Source of the DNA: Auanema rhodensis
Taxonomy: Eukaryota > Animalia > Nematoda
Assembly: GCA_964057225.1 (NCBI GenBank)
Contig: OZ059900.1
Coordinates: 21,328,001 to 21,392,000 of the forward strand
Reading direction: 5' to 3'
DNA: 64,000 nucleotides
In this document: positions 12,400 through 25,299 of the stretch, in pieces
Numbering within the stretch: position 1 is the first letter of the stretch
Layout: each line of letters opens with the position of its first letter
Program-made: the position numbers and the translations under genes
Notes under the pieces: generated by a model
Told to the model about the DNA's origin: nothing
The model's input: only the letters and a program-made list of their open reading frames with translations
Databases searched by the model: none

Positions 12400-15300
12400 A
12401 CAAGGTTTTGACTTACGATTTCATGTGTTCAAACTCATGCAATGTCAATGAAACCTAGCTCAAAATTGTTCCTACAACGTCTAGTTCCACTTTCACGACA
12501 AAAAACAGGGGTTAGAAAATTAAGGAAATTAGCATATTCTGAGGGCACGCCCCTTATGGCTAATATTGATTAAATCGATTTTTGTTCATATGAGTCGTCA
12601 AATGCAACGAATTTCAGCGTGTTACATACTAAAATGAAGCATTTTACATGCTGAACACTAGAAAAATACAAAAACACAGTATTTCCCATGAGAAATATTT
12701 TATTATGCTGGAAAACCAGTTTTTGGAAATTTCGCTGTAAACAAGGTTTTGACTTACGATTTCATGTGTTCAAACTCATGCAATGTCAATGAAACCTAGC
12801 TCAAAATTGTTCCTACAACGTCTAGTTCCACTTTCACGACAAAAAAACAGGGGTTAGAAAATTAAGGAAATTAGCATATTCTGAGGGCACGCCCCTTATG
12901 GCTAATATTGATTAAATCGATTTTTGTTCATATGAGTCGTCAAATGCAACGAATTTCAGCGTGTTACATACTAAAATGAAGCATTTTACATGCTGAACAC
13001 TAGAAAAATACAAAAACACAGTAATACCCATGAGAAATATTTTATTATGCTGGAAAACCAGTTTTTGGAAATTTCGCTGTAAACAAGGTTTTGACTTACG
13101 ATTTCATGTGTTCAAACTCATGCAATGTCAATGAAACCTAGCTCAAAATTGTTAATACAATGTCTAGTTCCACTTTCACGACAAAAAAACAGGGGTTAGA
13201 AAATTAAGGAAATTAGCATATTCTGAGGGCACGCCCTTTATGGCTAATATTGATTAAATCGATTTTTGTTCATATGAGTCGTCAAATGCAACGAATTTCA
13301 GCGTGTTACATACTAAAATGAAGCATTTTACATGCTGAACACTATAAAAATACAAAAACACAGTATTTCCCATGAGAAATATTTTATTATGCTGGAAAAC
13401 CAGTTTTTGGAAATTTCGCTGTAAACAAGGTTTTGACTTACGATTTCATGTGTTCAAACTCATGCAATGTCAATGAAACCTAGCTCAAAATTGTTCCTAC
13501 AACGTCTAGTTCCACTTTCACGACAAAAAAAACAGGGGTTAGAAAATTAAGGAAATTAGCATATTCTGAGGGCACGCCCCTTATGGCTAATATTGATTAA
13601 ATCGATTTTTGTTCATATGAGTCGTCAAATGCAACGAATTTCAGCGTGTTACATACTAAAATGAAGCATTTTACATGCTGAACACTAGAAAAATACAAAA
13701 ACACAGTATTTCCCATGAGAAATTTTTTTATTATGCTGGAAAACCAGTTTTTGGAAATTTCGCTGTAAACAAGGTTTTGACTTACGATTTCATGTGTTCA
13801 AACTCATGCAATGTCAATGAAACCTAGCTCAAAATTGTTCCTACAACGTCTAGTTCCACTTTCACGACAAAAAAACAGGGGTTAGAAAATTAAGGAAATT
13901 AGCTTATTCTGAGGGCACGCCCCTTATGGCTAATATTGATTAAATCGATTTTTGTTCATATGAGTCGTCAAATGCAACGAATTTCAGCGTGTTACATACT
14001 AAAATGAAGCATTTCACATGCTGAACACTAGAAAAATACAAAAACACAGTATTTCCCATGAGAAATATTTTATTATGCTGGAAAACCAGTTTTTGGAAAT
14101 TTCGCTGTAAACAAGTTTTTGACTTACGATTTCATGTGTTCAAACTCATGCAATGTCAATGAAACCTAGCTCAAAATTGTTCCTACAACGTCTAGTTCCA
14201 CTTTCACGACAAAAAAACAGGGGTTAGAAAATTAAGGAAATTAGCATATTCTGAGGGCACGCCTCTTATGGCTAATATTGATTAAATCGATTTTTGTTCA
14301 TATGAGTCGTCAAATGCAACGAATTTCAGCGTGTTACATACTAAAATGAAGCATTTTACATGCTGAACACTATAAAAATACAAAAACACAGTATTTCCCA
14401 TGAGAAATATTTTATTATGCTGGAAAACCAGTTTTTGGAAAGTTCGCTGTAAACAAGGTTTTGACTTACGATTTCATGTGTTCAAACTCATGCAATGTCA
14501 ATGAAACCTAGCTCAAAATTGTTCCTACAACGTCTAGTTCCACTTTCACGACAAAAAACAGGGGTTAGAAAATTAAGGAAATTAGCATATTCTGAGGGCA
14601 CGCCCCTTATGGCTAATATTGATTAAATCGATTTTTGTTCATATGAGTCGTCAAATGCAACGAATTTCAGCGTGTTACATACTAAAATGAAGCATTTCAC
14701 ATGCTGAACACTAGAAAAATACAAAAACACAGTATTTCCCATGAGAAATATTTTATTATGCTGGAAAACCAGTTTTTGGAAATTTCGCTGAAAACAAGTT
14801 TTTGACTTACGATTTAATGTGTTCAAACTCATGCAATGTCAATGAAACCTAGCTCAAAATTGTTTGTACAACGTCTAGTTTCACTTTCACGACAAAAAAA
14901 CAGGGGTTAGAAAATTAAGGAAATTAGCATATTCTGAGGGCACGCCTCTTATGGCTAATATTGATTAAATCGATTTTTGTTCATATGAGTCGTCAAATGC
15001 AACGAATTTCAGCGTGTTACATACTAAAATGAAGCATTTTACATGCTGAACACTAGAAAAATACAAAAACACAGTATTTCTCATGAGAAATATTTTATTA
15101 TGCTGGAAAACCAGTTTTTGGAAATTTCGCTGTAAACAAGGTTTTGACTTACGATTTCATGTGTTCAAACTCATGCAATGTCAATGAAACCTAGCTCAAA
15201 ATTGTTTGTACAACGTCTAGTTCCACTTTCACGACAAAAAAACAGGGGTTAGAAAATTAAGGAAATTAGCATATTCTGAGGGCACGCCCCTTATGGCTAA

Positions 15301-18300
15301 TATTGATTAAATCGATTTTTGTTCATATGAGTCGTCAAATGCAACGAATTTCAGCGTGTTACATACTAAAATGAAGCATTTTACATGCTGAACACTAGAA
15401 AAATACAAAAACACAGTATTTCCCATGAGAAATATTTTATTATGCTGGAAAACCAGTTTTTGGAAATTTCGCTGTAAACAAGGTTTTGACTTACGATTTC
15501 ATGTGTTCAAACTCATGCAATGTCAATGAAACCTAGCTCAAAATTGTTCGTACAACGTCTAGTTCCACTTTCACGACAAAAAAACAGGGGTTAGAAAATT
15601 AAGGAAATTAGCATATTCTGAGGGCACGCCCCTTATGGCTAATATTGATTAAATCGATTTTTGTTCATATGAGTAGTCAAATGCAACGAATTTCAGCGTG
15701 TTACATACTGAAATGAAGCATTTTACATGCTGAACACTAGAAAAATACAAAAACACAGTATTTCCCATGAGAAATATTTTATTATGCTGGAAAACCAGTT
15801 TTTGGAAATTTCGCTGTAAACAAGGTTTTGACTTACGATTTCATGTGTTCAAACTCATGCAATGTCAATGAAACCTAGCTCAAAATTGTTCCTACAACGT
15901 CTAGTTCCACTTTCACGACAAAAAACAGGGGTTAGAAAATTAAGGAAATTAGCATATTCTGAGGGCACGCCCCTTATGGCTAATATTGATTAAATCGATT
16001 TTTGTTCATATGAGTCGTCAAATGCAACGAATTTCAGCGTGTTACATACTAAAATGAAGCATTTTACATGCTGAACACTAGAAAAATACAAAAACACAGT
16101 ATTTCCCATGAGAAATATTTTATTATGCTGGAAAACCAGTTTTTGGAAATTTCGCTGTAAACAAGGTTTTGACTTACGATTTCATGTGTTCAAACTCATG
16201 CAATGTCAATGAAACCTAGCTCAAAATTGTTCCTACAACGTCTAGTTCCACTTTCACGACAAAAAAACAGGGGTTAGAAAATTAAGGAAATTAGCATATT
16301 CTGAGGGCACGCCCCTTATGGCTAATATTGATTAAATCGATTTTTGTTCATATGAGTCGTCAAATGCAACGAATTTCAGCGTGTTACATACTAAAATGAA
16401 GCATTTTACATGCTGAACACTAGAAAAATACAAAAACACAGTAATACCCATGAGAAATATTTTATTATGCTGGAAAACCAGTTTTTGGAAATTTCGCTGT
16501 AAACAAGGTTTTGACTTACGATTTCATGTGTTCAAACTCATGCAATGTCAATGAAACCTAGCTCAAAATTGTTAATACAATGTCTAGTTCCACTTTCACG
16601 ACAAAAAAACAGGGGTTAGAAAATTAAGGAAATTAGCATATTCTGAGGGCACGCCCTTTATGGCTAATATTGATTAAATCGATTTTTGTTCATATGAGTC
16701 GTCAAATGCAACGAATTTCAGCGTGTTACATACTAAAATGAAGCATTTTACATGCTGAACACTATAAAAATACAAAAACACAGTATTTCCCATGAGAAAT
16801 ATTTTATTATGCTGGAAAACCAGTTTTTGGAAATTTCGCTGTAAACAAGGTTTTGACTTACGATTTCATGTGTTCAAACTCATGCAATGTCAATGAAACC
16901 TAGCTCAAAATTGTTCCTACAACGTCTAGTTCCACTTTCACGACAAAAAAAACAGGGGTTAGAAAATTAAGGAAATTAGCATATTCTTAGGGCACGCCCC
17001 TTATGGCTAATATTGATTAAATCGATTTTTGTTCATATGAGTCGTCAAATGCAACGAATTTCAGCGTGTTACATACTAAAATGAAGCATTTTACATGCTG
17101 AACACTAGAAAAATACAAAAACACAGTATTTCCCATGAGAAATATTTTATTATGCTGGAAAACCAGTTTTTGGAAATTTCGCTGTAAACAAGGTTTTGAC
17201 TTACGATTTCATGTGTTCAAACTCATGCAATGTCAATGAAACCTAGCTCAAAATTGTTCCTACAACGTCTAGTTCCACTTTCACGACAAAAAAACAGGGG
17301 TTAGAAAATTAAGGAAATTAGCTTATTCTGAGGGCACGCCCCTTATGGCTAATATTGATTAAATCGATTTTTGTTCATATGAGTCGTCAAATGCAACGAA
17401 TTTCAGCGTGTTACATACTAAAATGAAGCATTTCACATGCTGAACACTAGAAAAATACAAAAACACAGTATTTCCCATGAGAAATATTTTATTATGCTGG
17501 AAAACCAGTTTTTGGAAATTTCGCTGTAAACAAGTTTTTGACTTACGATTTCATGTGTTCAAACTCATGCAATGTCAATGAAACCTAGCTCAAAATTGTT
17601 CCTACAACGTCTAGTTCCACTTTCACGACAAAAAAACAGGGGTTAGAAAATTAAGGAAATTAGCATATTCTGAGGGCACGCCTCTTATGGCTAATATTGA
17701 TTAAATCGATTTTTGTTCATATGAGTCGTCAAATGCAACGAATTTCAGCGTGTTACATACTAAAATGAAGCATTTTACATGCTGAACACTATAAAAATAC
17801 AAAAACACAGTATTTCCCATGAGAAATATTTTATTATGCTGGAAAACCAGTTTTTGGAAATTTCGCTGTAAACAAGGTTTTGACTTACGATTTCATGTGT
17901 TCAAACTCATGCAATGTCAATGAAACCTAGCTCAAAATTGTTCCTACAACGTCTAGTTCCACTTTCACGACAAAAAAACAGGGGTTAGAAAATTAAGGAA
18001 ATTAGCATATTCTGAGGGCACGCCCCTTATGGCTAATATTGATTAAATCGATTTTTGTTCATATGAGTCGTCAAATGCAACGAATTTCAGCGTGTTACAT
18101 ACTAAAATGAAGCATTTTACATGCTGAACACTATAAAAATACAAAAACACAGTAATTCCCATGAGAAATATTTTATTATGCTGGAAAACCAGTTTTTGGA
18201 AAGTTCGCTGTAAACAAGGTTTTGACTTACGATTTCATGTGTTCAAACTCATGCAATGTCAATGAAACCTAGCTCAAAATTGTTCCTACAACGTCTAGTT

Positions 18301-18700
18301 CCACTTTCACGACAAAAAACAGGGGTTAGAAAATTAAGGAAATTAGCATATTCTGAGGGCACGCCCCTTATGGCTAATATTGATTAAATCGATTTTTGTT
18401 CATATGAGTCGTCAAATGCAACGAATTTCAGCGTGTTACATACTAAAATGAAGCATTTCACATGCTGAACACTAGAAAAATACAAAAACACAGTATTTCC
18501 CATGAGAAATATTTTATTATGCTGGAAAACCAGTTTTTGGAAATTTCGCTGAAAACAAGTTTTTGACTTACGATTTAATGTGTTCAAACTCATGCAATGT
18601 CAATGAAACCTAGCTCAAAATTGTTTGTACAACGTCTAGTTTCACTTTCACGACAAAAAAACAGGGGTTAGAAAATTAAGGAAATTAGCATATTCTGAGG
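12400..18700. repeat. 10-monomer-offset (3,420 bp) block duplication with one extra monomer in the second copy
   Basis: GTAATACCCA at 13021/16441, GTTAATACAATG at 13151/16571 and ACGCCCTTTA at 13231/16651 are all 3,420 apart. The later ORF-forming variant monomer at 14623/18384 is 3,761 apart (11 monomers minus 1 bp). Confidence 0.85.
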
Positions 18701-21700
18701 GCACGCCCCTTATGGCTAATATTGATTAAATCGATTTTTGTTCATATGAGTAGTCAAATGCAACGAATTTCAGCGTGTTACATACTAAAATGAACCATTT
18801 TACATGCTGAACACTAGAAAAATACGAAAACACAGTATTTCCCATGAGAAATATTTTATTATGCTGGAAAACCAGTTTTTGGAAATTTCGCTGTAAACAA
18901 GGTTTTGACTTACGATTTCATGTGTTCAAACTCATGCAATGTCAATGAAACCTAGCTCAAAATTGTTCCTACAACGTCTAGTTCCACTTTCACGACAAAA
19001 AAACAGGGGTTAGAAAATTAAGGAAATTAGCATATTCTGAGGGCACGCCCCTTATGGCTAATATTGATTAAATCGATTTTTGTTCATATGAGTCGTCAAA
19101 TGCAACGAATTTCAGCGTGTTACATACTAAAATGAAGCATTTTACATGCTGAACACTAGAAAAATACAAAAACACAGTATTTCTCATGAGAAATATTTTA
19201 TTATGCTGGAAAACCAGTTTTTGGAAATTTCGCTGTAAACAAGGTTTTGACTTACGATTTCATGTGTTCAAACTCATGCAATGTCAATGAAACCTAGCTC
19301 AAAATTGTTCCTACAACGTCTAGTTCCACTTTCACGACAAAAAAACAGGGGTTAGAAAATTAAGGAAATTAGCATATTCTGAGGGCACGCCCCTTATGGC
19401 TAATATTGATTAAATCGATTTTTGTTCATATGAGTCGTCAAATGCAACGAATTTCAGCGTGTTACATACTAAAATGAAGCATTTTACATGCTGAACACTA
19501 GAAGAATACAAAAACACAGTATTTCTCATGAGAAATATTTTATTATGCTGGAAAACCAGTTTTTGGAAATTTCGCTGTAAACAAGGTTTTGACTTACGAT
19601 TTCATGTGTTCAAACTCATGCAATGTCAATGAAACCTAGCTCAAAATTGTTTGTACAACGTCTAGTTCCACTTTCACGACAAAAAAACAGGGGTTAGAAA
19701 ATTTAGGAAATTAGCATATTCTGAGGGCACGCCCCTTATGGCTAATATTGATTAAATCGATTTTTGTTCATATGAGTCGTCAAATGCAACGAATTTCAGC
19801 GTGTTACATACTAAAATGAAGTATTTTACATGCTGAACACTAGAAAAATACAAAAACACAGTATTTCCCATGAGAAATATTTTATTATGCTGGAAAACCA
19901 GTTTTTGGAATTTTCGCTGTAAACAAGGTTTTGACTTACGATTTCATGTGTTCAAACTCATGCAATGTCAATGAAACCTAGCTCAAAATTGTTTGTACAA
20001 CGTCTAGTTCCACTTTCACGACAAAAAAACAGGGGTTAGAAAATTAAGGAAATTAGCATATTCTGAGAGCACGCCCCTTATGGCTAATATTGATTAAATC
20101 GATTTTTGTTCATATGAGTAGTCAAATGCAACGAATTTCAGCGTGTTACATACTAAAATGAAGCATTTTACATGCTGAACACTAGAAAAATACAAAAACA
20201 CAGTATTTCCCATGAGAAATATTTTATTATGCTGGAAAACCAGTTTTTGGAATTTTCGCTGTAAACAAGGTTTTGACTTACGATTTCATGTGTTCAAACT
20301 CATGCAATGTCAATGAAACCTAGCTCAAAATTGTTCGTACAACGTCTAGTTCCACTTTCACGACAAAAAAACAGGGGTTAGAAAATTAAGGAAATTAGCA
20401 TATTCTGAGGGCACGCCCCTTATGGCTAATATTGATTAAATCGATTTTTGTTCATATGAGTCGTCAAATGCAAGGAATTTCAGCGTGTTACATACTAAAA
20501 TGAAGCATTTTACATGCTGAACACTAGAAAAATACAAAAACACAGTATTTCCCATGAGAAATATTTTATTATGCTGGAAAACCAGTTTTTGGAAATTTCG
20601 CTGTAAACAAGGTTTTGACTTACGATTTCATGTGTTCAAACTCATGCAATGTCAATGAAACCTAGCTCAAAATTGTTCCTACAACGTCTAGTTCCACTTT
20701 CACGACAAAAAAACAGGGGTTAGAAAATTAAGGAAATTAGCATATTCTGAGGGCACGCCCCTTATGGCTAATATTGATTAAATCGATTTTTGTTTATATG
20801 AGTCGTCAAATGCAACGAATTTCAGCGTGTTACATACTAAAATGGAGCATTTTACATGCTGAACACTAGAAAAATACAAAAACACAGTATTTCTCATGAG
20901 AAATATTTTATTATGCTGGAAAACCAGTTTTTGGAAATTTCGCTGTAAACAAGGTTTTGACTTACGATTTCATGTGTTCAAACTCATGCAATGTCAATGA
21001 AACCTAGCTCAAAATTGTTTGTACAACGTCTAGTTCCACTTTCACGACAAAAAAACAGGGGTTAGAAAATTAAGGAAATTAGCATATTCTGAGGGCACGC
21101 CCCTTATGGCTAATATTGATTAAATCGATTTTTGTTCATATGAGTCGTCAAATGCAACGAATTTCAGCGTGTTACATACTAAAATGAAGCATTTTACATG
21201 CTGAACACTAGAAAAATACAAAAACACAGTATTTCTCATGAGAAATATTTTATTATGCTGGAAAACCAGTTTTTGGAAATTTCGCTGTAAACAAGGTTTT
21301 GACTTACGATTTCATGTGTTCAAACTCATGCAATGTCAATGAAACCTAGCTCAAAATTGTTTGTACAACGTCTAGTTCCACTTTCACGACAAAAAAACAG
21401 GGGTTAGAAAATTAAGGAAATTAGCATATTCTGAGGGCACGCCCCTTATGGCTAATATTGATTAAATCGATTTTTGTTCATATGAGTCGTCAAATGCAAC
21501 GAATTTCAGCGTGTTACATACTAAAATGAAGCATTTTACATGCTGAACACTAGAAAAATACAAAAACACAGTATTTCCCATGAGAAATATTTTATTATGC
21601 TGGAAAACCAGTTTTTGGAAATTTCGCTGTAAACAAGGTTTTGACTTACGATTTCATGTGTTCAAACTCATGCAATGTCAATGAAACCTAGCTCAAAATT

Positions 21701-24700
21701 GTTCCTACAACGTCTAGTTCCACTTTCACGACAAAAAAACAGGGGTTAGAAAATTAAGGAAATTAGCATATTCTGAGGGCACGCCCCTTATGGCTAATAT
21801 TGATTAAATCGATTTTTGTTTATATGAGTCGTCAAATGCAACGAATTTCAGCGTGTTACATACTAAAATGGAGCATTTTACATGCTGAACACTAGAAAAA
21901 TACAAAAACACAGTATTTCTCATGAGAAATATTTTATTATGCTGGAAAACCAGTTTTTGGAAATTTCGCTGTAAACAAGGTTTTGACTTACGATTTCATG
22001 TGTTCAAACTCATGCAATGTCAATGAAACCTAGCTCAAAATTGTTTGTACAACGTCTAGTTCCACTTTCACGACAAAAAAACAGGGGTTAGAAAATTAAG
22101 GAAATTAGCATATTCTGAGGGCACGCCCCTTATGGCTAATATTGATTAAATCGATTTTTGTTCATATGAGTCGTCAAATGCAACGAATTTCAGCGTGTTA
22201 CATACTAAAATGAAGCATTTTACATGCTGAACACTAGAAAAATACAAAAACACAGTATTTCTCATGAGAAATATTTTATTATGCTGGAAAACCAGTTTTT
22301 GGAAATTTCGCTGTAAACAAGGTTTTGACTTACGATTTCATGTGTTCAAACTCATGCAATGTCAATGAAACCTAGCTCAAAATTGTTTGTACAACGTCTA
22401 GTTCCACTTTCACGACAAAAAAACAGGGGTTAGAAAATTAAGGAAATTAGCATATTCTGAGGGCACGCCCCTTATGGCTAATATTGATTAAATCGATTTT
22501 TGTTCATATGAGTCGTCAAATGCAACGAATTTCAGCGTGTTACATACTAAAATGAAGCATTTTACATGCTGAACACTAGAAAAATACAAAAACACAGTAT
22601 TTCCCATGAGAAATATTTTATTATGCTGGAAAACCAGTTTTTGGAAATTTCGCTGTAAACAAGGTTTTGACTTACGATTTCATGTGTTCAAACTCATGCA
22701 ATGTCAATGAAACCTAGCTCAAAATTGTTTGTACAACGTCTAGTTCCACTTTCACGACAAAAAAACAGGGGTTAGAAAATTAAGCAAATTAGCATATTCT
22801 GAGGGCACGCCCCTTATGGCTAATATTGATTAAATCGATTTTTGTTCATATGAGTAGTCAAATGCAACGAATTTCAGCGTGTTACATACTAAAATGAAGC
22901 ATTTTACATGCTGAACACTAGAAAAATACAAAAACACAGTATTTCCCATGAGAAATATTTTATTATGCTGGAAAACCAGTTTTTGGAAATTTCGCTGTAA
23001 ACAAGGTTTTGACTTACGATTTCATGTGTTCAAACTCATGCAATGTCAATGAAACCTAGCTCAAAATTGTTTGTACAACGTCTAGTTCCACTTTCACGAC
23101 AAAAAAACAGGGGTTAGAAAATTAAGCAAATTAGCATATTCTGAGGGCACGCCCCTTATGGCTAATATTGATTAAATCGATTTTTGTTCATATGAGTAGT
23201 CAAATGCAACGAATTTCAGCGTGTTACATACTAAAATGAAGCATTTTACATGCTGAACACTAGAAAAATACAAAAACACAGTATTTCCCATGAGAAATAT
23301 TTTATTATGCTGGAAAACCAGTTTTTGGAATTTTCGCTGTAAACAAGGTTTTGACTTACGATTTCATGTGTTCAAACTCATGCAATGTCCATGAAACCTA
23401 GCTCAAAATTGTTCGTACAACGTCTAGTTCCACTTTCACGACAAAAAAACAGGGGTTAGAAAATTAAGGAAATTAGCATATTCTGAGGGCACGCCCCTTA
23501 TGGCTAATATTGATTAAATCGATTTTTGTTCATATGAGTCGTCAAATGCAACGAATTTCAGCGTGTTACATACTAAAATGAAGCATTTCACATGCTGAAC
23601 ACTAGAAAAATACAAAAACACAGTATTTCCCATGAGAAATATTTTATTATGCTGGAAAACCAGTTTTTGGAAATTTCGCTGTAAACAAGGTTTTGACTTA
23701 CGATTTCATGTGTTCAAACTCATGCAATGTCAATGAAACCTAGCTCAAAATTGTTCCTACAACGTCTAGTTCCACTTTCACGACAAAAAAACAGGGGTTA
23801 GAAAATTAAGGAAATTAGCATATTCTGAGGGCACGCCCCTTATGGCTAATATTGATTAAATCGATTTTTGTTCATATGAGTCGTCAAATGCAACGAATTT
23901 CAGCGTGTTACATACTAAAATGAAGCATTTTACATGCTGAACACTAGAAAAATACAAAAACACAGTATTTCTCATGAGAAATATTTTATTATGCTGGAAA
24001 ACCAGTTTTTGGAAATTTCGCTGTAAACAAGGTTTTGACTTACGATTTCATGTGTTCAAACTCATGCAATGTCAATGAAACCTAGCTCAAAATTGTTTGT
24101 ACAACGTCTAGTTCCACTTTCACGACAAAAAAACAGGGGTTAGAAAATTTAGGAAATTAGCATATTCTGAGGGCACGCCCCTTATGGCTAATATTGATTA
24201 AATCGATTTTTGTTCATATGAGTCGTCAAATGCAACGAATTTCAGCGTGTTACATACTAAAATGAAGTATTTTACATGCTGAACACTAGAAAAATACAAA
24301 AACACAGTATTTCCCATGAGAAATATTTTATTATGCTGGAAAACCAGTTTTTGGAATTTTCGCTGTAAACAAGGTTTTGACTTACGATTTCATGTGTTCA
24401 AACTCATGCAATGTCAATGAAACCTAGCTCAAAATTGTTCGTACAACGTCTAGTTCCACTTTCACGACAAAAAAACAGGGGTTAGAAAATTAAGGAAATT
24501 AGCATATTCTGAGGGCACGCCCCTTATGGCTAATATTGATTAAATCGATTTTTGTTCATATGAGTCGTCAAATGCAAGGAATTTCAGCGTGTTACATACT
24601 AAAATGAAGCATTTTACATGCTGAACACTAGAAAAATACAAAAACACAGTATTTCCCATGAGAAATATTTTATTATGCTGGAAAACCAGTTTTTGGAAAT

Positions 24701-25299
24701 TTCGCTGTAAACAAGGTTTTGACTTACGATTTCATGTGTTCAAACTCATGCAATGTCAATGAAACCTAGCTCAAAATTGTTCCTACAACGTCTAGTTCCA
24801 CTTTCACGACAAAAAAACAGGGGTTAGAAAATTAAGGAAATTAGCATATTCTGAGGGCACGCCCCTTATGGCTAATATTGATTAAATCGATTTTTGTTTA
24901 TATGAGTCGTCAAATGCAACGAATTTCAGCGTGTTACATACTAAAATGGAGCATTTTACATGCTGAACACTAGAAAAATACAAAAACACAGTATTTCTCA
25001 TGAGAAATATTTTATTATGCTGGAAAACCAGTTTTTGGAAATTTCGCTGTAAACAAGGTTTTGACTTACGATTTCATGTGTTCAAACTCATGCAATGTCA
25101 ATGAAACCTAGCTCAAAATTGTTTGTACAACGTCTAGTTCCACTTTCACGACAAAAAAACAGGGGTTAGAAAATTAAGGAAATTAGCATATTCTGAGGGC
25201 ACGCCCCTTATGGCTAATATTGATTAAATCGATTTTTGTTCATATGAGTCGTCAAATGCAACGAATTTCAGCGTGTTACATACTAAAATGAAGCATTTT

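Noticed and set aside
13341-13350. TATA-box-like TATAAAA created by the G10T variant in many monomers
   Set aside because: Such a motif arises easily in 66% AT sequence and no other promoter evidence is visible. Strand-specific RNA-seq or CAGE would be needed.
14623-18593. Two identical 69-aa minus-strand ORFs (14623-14832, 18384-18593)
   Set aside because: They lie wholly within satellite monomers and pass the length cutoff only because local variants (GCTGAAAAC, GATTTAATG) remove stop codons. No recognisable domain; useful only as duplication markers.
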